This document shows, one piece after another, positions 1 through 5,946 of a stretch of DNA of 20,000 nt. How positions within the stretch are numbered: the stretch's first letter is position 1; each line of letters opens with the position of its first letter. The DNA lies in the IMG/VR virus record IMGVR_UViG_3300043568_001227, positions 57,669 to 77,668 of that record; one strand, given 5' to 3'. This DNA comes from an uncultured virus (IMG/VR IMGVR_UViG_3300043568_001227) (Duplodnaviria; Heunggongvirae; Uroviricota; Caudoviricetes). A program made the position numbers and the translations under genes. Below the pieces are notes generated by a model, which was given only the letters and a program-made list of their open reading frames with translations, had not been told where the DNA came from and searched no databases.

Positions 1-1345
1 TCGTTTCACCTTTACCAATAGGGGTCATAACAATACCCGTTTTCTCTTTAATCATATTAGCGATTGTATTTGCTCTTTGTTGTGATAAACATTGATTATA
101 CTCACCAATAGTTTTAGATGATTGACATGCAGGTAATTTACCAATTATTCTATCGTTAGGGTCTTTATCTCTTGATGAATATCCGATAATTAATGGGACG
201 TTTTGTAATAAGAATTTACCATACTTAGGATATGTTTTCAAGTAACCATTTAAATTAGAAATAAATTTATCAATCTTATCTTGAGCTTCAGGTTTTAATT
301 CTGTTTTGTCAAATACGAACGGTTCTGTAATATCCAAACTAATATTAGTCGGTGTTGGTGTTGTTTTTTTTGATGACCCACCAATTGTAACTTCAGTACC
401 AGGTCTTGCGCCAGGATATAACATCACATAATACCCTTTTCCACCCTTCTTATAATACATCATAGGTGAAATGGTAGTATCTTTAGATTCGGTCATTCCG
501 ATTGATTTTAAGACACTTATGTCCTCTGCAACAATATTACCCGTGTAAACAACTGGTTTACCGATTGAGGCCTTATTAGGAACACCTTCAGGTGCCACGG
601 CAATAAATTTGTATCTTACATTATTATATTGTCCAGGTTGTATATCAGAACGAACTATATCATTCCAATAAAACTCTGTGAATTCGATATTTGTTCTATA
701 GTCCTCGTCAAGTACTTCACCTGTTTTAACATCTACTTTGAAGTCGTATAACTCCCCGTTTAATGCGTAGTCTGGTTTTACTTCACCTGTTGATTTATTA
801 AATAATACCGTGTATAATTTTCCATCAATAATTTTAAATCCTAAACCTGTTGCACCTAACTTATAATAAGTTTTTTCATCATCTTGTTCAGATAAAATTC
901 TTTTTACCATTCGAATAATATCACCTTCGTTAAGTTTAATTACTTTCTTTTCACCAACAACTACAGTGTCTTTTTTTATTTCAATCCACTCTTTTAGAGT
1001 TGTGATTGGTACAATACTTTTTTTACCTCCAGGTGTTTGGTTTATATTATTACCTTCATCATCACCAGATGTTAAAGTAGGGTGATTCTTAATATAATTG
1101 GAGATGTTTTTTGCTTTATTTTCCATCTTTTTAATTTTCTTTTTAGGGGTACTCATTTTACCGTCATAACTGTCGTATCCCAACTCAGTATTGACATACT
1201 TTGATACGGGTGTTATAAATGGTTGTAACGACTCTTTACTAAATTCTCTAACACCAGGTTGTAAAGGAGAAACATAGGACCCTCTACCCCCATTACTGTC
1301 AGAAGTTGCCTCGAGTAATACTTTCTTTATTAATTGATTTAGCAT
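1..1345 (-). CDS. OmpA-like (OmpA_C peptidoglycan-binding) domain protein, 3'-truncated by the window edge (>=448 aa)
   Basis: Not in the ORF track; translated by hand from ATG at 1345 (MLNQLIKKVLLEATS...). The frame stays open to base 2. The C-terminal part, PFVFDKTELKPEAQDKIDKFISNL...IIGYSSRD...EYNQCLSQQRANTIANMI...PIGKGET, matches the OmpA_C pattern (F.FD...L, GY/HxD, YN..LS..RA..V, G.GE). A TATTTAT motif lies 18 nt upstream. Confidence 0.8.
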   Translation of the reverse strand, partial: MLNQLIKKVLLEATSDSNGGRGSYVSPLQPGVREFSKESLQPFITPVSKYVNTELGYDSYDGKMSTPKKKIKKMENKAKNISNYIKNHPTLTSGDDEGNNINQTPGGKKSIVPITTLKEWIEIKKDTVVVGEKKVIKLNEGDIIRMVKRILSEQDDEKTYYKLGATGLGFKIIDGKLYTVLFNKSTGEVKPDYALNGELYDFKVDVKTGEVLDEDYRTNIEFTEFYWNDIVRSDIQPGQYNNVRYKFIAVAPEGVPNKASIGKPVVYTGNIVAEDISVLKSIGMTESKDTTISPMMYYKKGGKGYYVMLYPGARPGTEVTIGGSSKKTTPTPTNISLDITEPFVFDKTELKPEAQDKIDKFISNLNGYLKTYPKYGKFLLQNVPLIIGYSSRDKDPNDRIIGKLPACQSSKTIGEYNQCLSQQRANTIANMIKEKTGIVMTPIGKGET

Positions 1346-1393
1346 AGATATTTTAGTATACTTATAAATATATCAAAAAAAGATATTTTCACA

Positions 1394-1627
1394 ATGGAAG
1401 AACAACAATTATTTGGAAAACTATTCGACACAATACCTCTACTAACTGAGGACCATTTAGACGTGCTACTACAATCTATGGATAAAGACAATGCTTCATA
1501 CCTATTAATACAAGCGGTTAAGAAGGCATACCACGAGGGGGTTTATTCTTTAGGTGAGGCAGAGGTTGTATCAAGAGCAATTAGAGTTATGTCAAAACAG
1601 GAAATTAAAAATGAAACAGAAGATTAA
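1394..1627 (+). CDS. hypothetical protein (77 aa)
   Basis: ORF track; ATG start; the 3' end overlaps the mgsA start, suggesting a two-gene plus-strand unit. No motif recognised. Confidence 0.7.
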   Translation: MEEQQLFGKLFDTIPLLTEDHLDVLLQSMDKDNASYLLIQAVKKAYHEGVYSLGEAEVVSRAIRVMSKQEIKNETED

Positions 1628-1994
1628 ATTAGCGTTAATCGCTCACGACGGTAAGAAGGCCGATATGGTATCATTCGTAATGAAACGACTACCTTTCTTC
1701 ACTTCAGATAATGTTGAAGTAGTTGCCACAGGTACAACAGGAAAACATTTAAAACATGCTGGATTAACTAAGGTTGAGACGATGTTAAGTGGTCCTATGG
1801 GTGGTGACGCTCAGATTGCGTCAATGATTGTAAACAAAGAAGTCGATATAGTTATATTCTTTATCGACCCCTTAGAAGTTCATCCACATCAAGTAGATGT
1901 TAGTATGTTATTAAGAATTTGTAATGTCCATGACATTGCAATCGCTACGAATTATTCTACCGCTAGTAGATTAATCAGTCCCTTAGAAGATTAA
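1611..1994 (+). CDS. mgsA: methylglyoxal synthase (127 aa from ATG 1611)
   Basis: Contains ALIAHDGKK, ATGTTG, LSGPMGGDAQI, FFIDP, PHQVD and LLRICNVH, the conserved MGS active-site motifs. ATG at 1611 follows an A-rich stretch (gaaattaaaa) and is more plausible than the track's 1554. Confidence 0.95.
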   Translation: MKQKIKLALIAHDGKKADMVSFVMKRLPFFTSDNVEVVATGTTGKHLKHAGLTKVETMLSGPMGGDAQIASMIVNKEVDIVIFFIDPLEVHPHQVDVSMLLRICNVHDIAIATNYSTASRLISPLED

Positions 1995-2473
1995 ACCGTT
2001 AAGCTATCAACAGGTTCATCTGTTGCTGACGCAACTGTAGTTCCAGCGGGTGTTTGTACTCCTGCGGGTGTTTGTACTCCTGCAGGTGTTTGTACTCCTG
2101 CGGGTGTTTGAGTTCCCGAACTTTTACTCAAATCAATACCCGTACAAGCATTAATTGCGTTCATAGTATTAGTACCGTATATACCATCCTCAACTAATTT
2201 TTTAGATATCTTAGTACATTTATCGTTAATTTTAACTTGTACATCTAAAACTTTTTGTTTACATCTTGTAGGATTTTTAGTTGTTGTACAATCTACTTTT
2301 CTATCTTGGGATGCAGGAGCTGCGGTTGCAGGAGCTGCGGTTGCAGGAGTTGCGGTTGCAGGAGCTGCAGTTACAGGAGCTGGTGTTTGTTCCATTAATC
2401 TATTTTTATACGTGTTATGTAAATTTAAAATAGACTCTTTTTCAGATTCAGTTATTTTTATAATTTTCTTCAT
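1991..2473 (-). CDS. peptidoglycan-binding-domain (PG_binding_1-like) protein with Pro/Ala/Thr repeats and a shared N-terminal leader
   Basis: aa ~72-113 KVLDVQVKIN...LVEDGIYGTNTMNAI fit the PGBD signature (V..lQ..LN...L..DG.yG..T..Ai), flanked by APATA and GVQTPA repeats. Leader: MKKIIKITESEKESILNLH...LME. Confidence 0.75.
   Translation of the reverse strand: MKKIIKITESEKESILNLHNTYKNRLMEQTPAPVTAAPATATPATAAPATAAPASQDRKVDCTTTKNPTRCKQKVLDVQVKINDKCTKISKKLVEDGIYGTNTMNAINACTGIDLSKSSGTQTPAGVQTPAGVQTPAGVQTPAGTTVASATDEPVDSLTV
2043..2114. repeat. 4 x 18-bp in-frame tandem repeat (encodes GVQTPA)
   Basis: cc(a/t)gc(g/a)ggtgtttg(t/a).. units start at 2043, 2061, 2079 and 2097. Confidence 0.95.
2312..2386. 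repeat. 5 x 15-bp in-frame tandem repeat (encodes TAAPA-like units)
   Basis: tgcaggagctgcggt-like units start at 2312, 2327, 2342, 2357 and 2372. Confidence 0.9.
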
Positions 2474-2489
2474 TTTAATAATTAATAAT

Positions 2490-3365
2490 TTAAAGTTTAG
2501 TCAATACCATATCTAAATCTGTATCTGAAGGTATTGTTGGTTGTTTAACTTTTGTCTTAGTATTTGTCTTAGTATTAGACGATTCTTTACCACAAGAATA
2601 ACTGGCCATAGTTCCGTCGACCAATTTTTTTCTACCATTCCCGTAATAAACCACCCCATCAATTATGTAAGCAATACTACCGTCACTCAATTTTGATGAT
2701 TTCGCTTTTGGGTTACTTGGAATACAAGGAAATTTTTCAAATCCCTTTACGACACTTGATTCCTTTTGTGCCGCCAATTTTTTACCAAGGTCAACACTGT
2801 TTTCATATGCGTCTAATAATGGTAAAAAAACATATTGTTTCCATTCACCCTCAGAATCGATGTCCCCATCAATTGCTGCGAATAAACTTTCACCATGTCT
2901 TGTATTATATATGTTTGACATCGCACATAAATCAGGAATTGTTGTGATTTTTTGTAGATTACTTTTAATTGCATCCTCATCAGTACCCATACCATCAACC
3001 GCTGCGTTAATACCATCGGCAATACCATTTAATGTGGCTCTACTCAGTGTTGATTTACCAACTTCTTTTAAATTTCCACAAGCTTGTAAAATTTTTTCGG
3101 CACCTTTGTAAGAATAATTCCCACCATTAATTAATCCGTTAATTAATCCAATCGCTCCACCGATAATTGCTCCTGGAACTAAACCAACGGCTCCACCAAT
3201 TGCAGCACCTGTTGCCATTGACGCCATTACACCATCTTCGGCTAACTCATTTTCAGATGACATCATAGTGTCGTCTTCTTTAAGATATTGTTTTTTAGTT
3301 GCTTCTTTATGAAGATTTAGAATTCTTTTAGATTCTTCTTCATTTAAAAAATATAATTTTTTCAT
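2490..3365 (-). CDS. glycine-zipper plus annexin-like repeat protein (291 aa), putative virion/ejection protein
   Basis: Leader MKKLYFLNEEESKRILNLH...YLKE; hydrophobic GxxxG zipper at aa 50-81 (ATGAAIGGAVGLVPGAIIGGAIGLINGLING); annexin-like segment at aa ~113-184 (IADGINAAVDGMGTDEDAI...YNTRHGESLFAAIDGD). Confidence 0.7.
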   Translation of the reverse strand: MKKLYFLNEEESKRILNLHKEATKKQYLKEDDTMMSSENELAEDGVMASMATGAAIGGAVGLVPGAIIGGAIGLINGLINGGNYSYKGAEKILQACGNLKEVGKSTLSRATLNGIADGINAAVDGMGTDEDAIKSNLQKITTIPDLCAMSNIYNTRHGESLFAAIDGDIDSEGEWKQYVFLPLLDAYENSVDLGKKLAAQKESSVVKGFEKFPCIPSNPKAKSSKLSDGSIAYIIDGVVYYGNGRKKLVDGTMASYSCGKESSNTKTNTKTKVKQPTIPSDTDLDMVLTKL

Positions 3366-3412
3366 ACCTATTTCTGTTTAATATATAAATATCTGTTTTT
3401 TCGAAAAAAAAG

Positions 3413-3442
3413 TTGTGGATTCAGTATATTTACTTATCTTTG
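3413..3442 (+). promoter_or_regulatory. Bacteroidota housekeeping-sigma promoter (-33 TTG / -7 TAnnTTTG)
   Basis: TTG at 3413-3415, a 19-nt spacer, then TATCTTTG at 3435-3442. The 16-mer TTTACTTAyCTTTGTA (3429-3444) recurs at 19904-19919. Confidence 0.7.
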
Positions 3443-3447
3443 TAATG

Positions 3448-3559
3448 TGGTTGAGGGAAACGATTCAGATACAACTAAATCAATCATAATGGTTAGGACG
3501 AAAACCTCCTAATTTGAACGGGATAGAAACGATTTAGATACTAAGTCCCGTTCTTTTTT
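3448..3559 (+). ncRNA. putative structured small RNA (~110 nt, three hairpins, two with near-identical loops)
   Basis: Lies downstream of a host-type promoter with no ORF. Hairpins: UGGUUG/CAACUA (3448-3477), UUAGGA/UCCUAA (3493-3512) and GAACGGGA-UAG/CUA-ag-UCCCGUUC (3516-3553) followed by U6. Direct repeat GAAACGATTyAGATAC at 3457-3472 and 3526-3541. Confidence 0.6.
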
Positions 3560-3971
3560 AAATCCAAATAACAAATTGGTCTTTACCAACTCTAAAAGAT
3601 AAATCATACGATTCTCTAAAAACGGTAATTATAAGTAATTTCCAATAGGAGCCACCACCATGTTTTGGTACTATGACCATAGCGATTTCTTTTTCTTTTG
3701 ATTTAATAACAAATGCTACATCATCTTTAATCTCTCCTGTGGTAATTCCTTCCGCAATTTCTCGTCTACAACTCTCAATTATATATTTTAATTCACCGTT
3801 AGATATTTCTCTATCATTATAATCAGGAATATCAGTTCTGTTTTTTCTTTCATATGCGTGGGTAGTTCTATCAATCTCAAAACCAAAGGCAATTTCTATT
3901 TTGGCCATAATATGCCCAATTTTCTTTTCTAATAATAAATGTTCTTTGATTAATCTACGTAATTCGCTCAT
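3558..3971 (-). CDS. putative RNase-toxin-like (DUF4258/RelE-like BECR fold) protein with a short leader (137 aa from ATG 3971)
   Basis: TTHAYERKNR...REIS and C-terminal LLIITVF fit the HA..R...R.I / IITV pattern. Likely start is MSELRRLIKEHLLLE at 3971, because the track's 3995 start runs through the terminator/promoter region. Confidence 0.5.
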   Translation of the reverse strand: MSELRRLIKEHLLLEKKIGHIMAKIEIAFGFEIDRTTHAYERKNRTDIPDYNDREISNGELKYIIESCRREIAEGITTGEIKDDVAFVIKSKEKEIAMVIVPKHGGGSYWKLLIITVFRESYDLSFRVGKDQFVIWI

Positions 3972-3993
3972 ATAATATAAATACTTGTAAAAC

Positions 3994-4022
3994 AAAAAAA
4001 GGGACGATTACTCGTCCCTTTT
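3994..4022 (-). terminator. intrinsic terminator after the major capsid gene (possibly bidirectional)
   Basis: Minus strand reads GGGACGA-GTAA-TCGTCCC then T7; a T4 run flanks the other side. Confidence 0.9.
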
Positions 4023-4042
4023 CATATTATTTAAGATGTTGA

Positions 4043-5914
4043 TTATCTCAATTCTCTTAAGTCGAATGTTCTAACTCCATCAACTGTGATACGTCCGTAG
4101 AAACGGTTGTTAACCATTTTCTTAGCGTAACGTGTCATAATACCTTTAATAGGTGTGAAGTTGAATGGGTTATACATTGTAGGTGTTAATTGTAATGGTA
4201 CATACGGTGCGTAGATGTAACCTGTGTCTAACAATGACGTTCCTTTATGTCCTACTAACACTGTGTTAGCTGGGAAGTAAGGGTCACGGTAAACTTGGTA
4301 ACGACCTGCTAATGTTCCAACTCTTTCAATACCCATGTTGTATTGGTCTTGCTCTGGAGACGCGTTAGATACGTGGAAGTACTCTAAATCATCAAAAATA
4401 GCCGAAATCTCAGAAGAAACTACAATCCAGTTAGCTCCACCTCTTAATGTAGATTTGTGGATTTGTGCTGACAATTGGTTAATTGCAGTAATTAATGTTT
4501 GATTCCAATCTTTTTGAGTATAAGATGTAGTTTGAGAAATTCTTCTCCATCCGTTGTAATCCCAACGTAAGTTCCATGCCGCACCTTTACGTAAATCTCT
4601 TAAGATTTCACGGTCGATTTCAGCAGCAACTTGTTCAGATAATAAAGCCGTTAATTCAGCTTCAGCATCGATGTTGTGGAATGCAGCAACGTCTTGAGCT
4701 AACTCAGGAGACCATTGTGCTCTTAATTTTCTTTCTGTAACAGATACAGTAACTGAATCTAAGTCGAAAGAAACCTCACCGATTTTATCTTCAAATTCTA
4801 ATTGTTCGTAACGTCTGAACGCTGCGTAGAATGATGTTCCTGAAGACGCTTCAGTAATAGTAGTACCTGTGTAACCATCTAAAGATGTAGAATCACAATC
4901 AGCACATACTGGACAAGATAAATCAACTTCTAAGTAGATACATCCGTTAGCGTCACATACGGTTTTAAACGAACCACCGTTACCTGCAGGGTTATTACCT
5001 GATGCCGCTGGCCAATTAGTTTGAACTGTATTACCGTAAGAAACGATTCCTTTACCATATTGTTGAGTAACAACTCTGAACAATAATGCTCCTGTTGAAA
5101 CTGTACATGGAGAACCTTCAGCAACTGTTAAACCAGCACCTGTAAAGATAACTAAATCAGATAAGAAAGATTCTGTATCCATTTCATTACCGTCAGGTCC
5201 GATTAATTTACCAGCTCCTGTATCAGCGAAACCACACATTTTAACAATAACTTTTCTTGTGTTACCTGAAGCAATTTCAATACCATTTGCTGGTGCACCA
5301 TCATTAATAGTTGCATCAACTAATGACCCATTTGACCATGCTTGAATCAACGTACTTGCAGTGATTGCTGACCAACGACCTTTTGAATAATCGAATAAAC
5401 CTGCTGGGTCTAAACCTGGTTCAGTTCCTTCGTAGAATAAGTCATAAAGGTTTTTAGCAACCGCTCCAGTTCCTGTGTAACCTGCATTTTGAGATGTTGG
5501 TCCGTTTGGTGCTCCTAGTGGTGCGTAGTGGTCTCCTGAAGATACATCACTCCATGGAGTGTTAGTACCACCTGAATACCCTTGAATTTTAGGTACAAAG
5601 AAGAATAATTTACCGATTGGTAAATTCATCGCTTGTACTGATACGATGTCATTCGCTAATAATTTAGAGAATACACGTCTTACGATAGGGAATACAACAG
5701 TTTCAAATGAACCTGAAGACCCGTCAGACGTTGCTTCGTTAATTAAGAAAGACGCTTGGTTCTCATATAACTGAGCTACGTTTTCTTTTAGGTGACCTTT
5801 AAGGCCTTCTAGGAATCCTAATTTATCCCATTTGTTGATAGTATCTTCTTTGATAACTTTAAGGTGTTTTAACCCGATGTTACCAACAAGACCTGATTCT
5901 AATAATGCTCCCAT
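4043..5914 (-). CDS. major capsid protein, T4 gp23-like, with a large insertion (623 aa)
   Basis: FPIVRRVFSKLLANDIVSVQAMNLPIGKLFF, RKLRAQWSPELAQDVAAFHNIDAEAELTALLSEQVAAEIDREI, YIYAPYVPL and FTPIKGIMTRYA are gp23-family hallmarks. Confidence 0.97.
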   Translation of the reverse strand: MGALLESGLVGNIGLKHLKVIKEDTINKWDKLGFLEGLKGHLKENVAQLYENQASFLINEATSDGSSGSFETVVFPIVRRVFSKLLANDIVSVQAMNLPIGKLFFFVPKIQGYSGGTNTPWSDVSSGDHYAPLGAPNGPTSQNAGYTGTGAVAKNLYDLFYEGTEPGLDPAGLFDYSKGRWSAITASTLIQAWSNGSLVDATINDGAPANGIEIASGNTRKVIVKMCGFADTGAGKLIGPDGNEMDTESFLSDLVIFTGAGLTVAEGSPCTVSTGALLFRVVTQQYGKGIVSYGNTVQTNWPAASGNNPAGNGGSFKTVCDANGCIYLEVDLSCPVCADCDSTSLDGYTGTTITEASSGTSFYAAFRRYEQLEFEDKIGEVSFDLDSVTVSVTERKLRAQWSPELAQDVAAFHNIDAEAELTALLSEQVAAEIDREILRDLRKGAAWNLRWDYNGWRRISQTTSYTQKDWNQTLITAINQLSAQIHKSTLRGGANWIVVSSEISAIFDDLEYFHVSNASPEQDQYNMGIERVGTLAGRYQVYRDPYFPANTVLVGHKGTSLLDTGYIYAPYVPLQLTPTMYNPFNFTPIKGIMTRYAKKMVNNRFYGRITVDGVRTFDLRELR

Positions 5915-5946
5915 TTTTTTGGTTTTTATTAATTTTTTAGTTTATT

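Noticed and set aside
1554..1610. Track start extensions for mgsA (1554), and likewise 3995, 8594, 16188 and 19878
   Set aside because: These are longest-ORF starts overlapping neighbouring genes, terminators or promoter motifs; downstream ATGs fit domain boundaries and motif spacing better.
3453..3509. Resemblance to the c-di-GMP-I riboswitch (AGGGAAACGATT...GGACGAAAACCTCC versus AGGGCAAACCATT...GGACGCAAAGCCTCC)
   Set aside because: No GNRA-capped P2 or receptor helix is visible, the conserved C nucleotides are missing and there is no downstream plus-strand gene to regulate. Not called, though an Rfam RF01051 scan would settle it.
3457..3541. Mini-CRISPR array or tRNA
   Set aside because: Only two 16-nt repeats 53 nt apart, shorter than CRISPR repeats, with no cas genes; no cloverleaf, T-loop or CCA.
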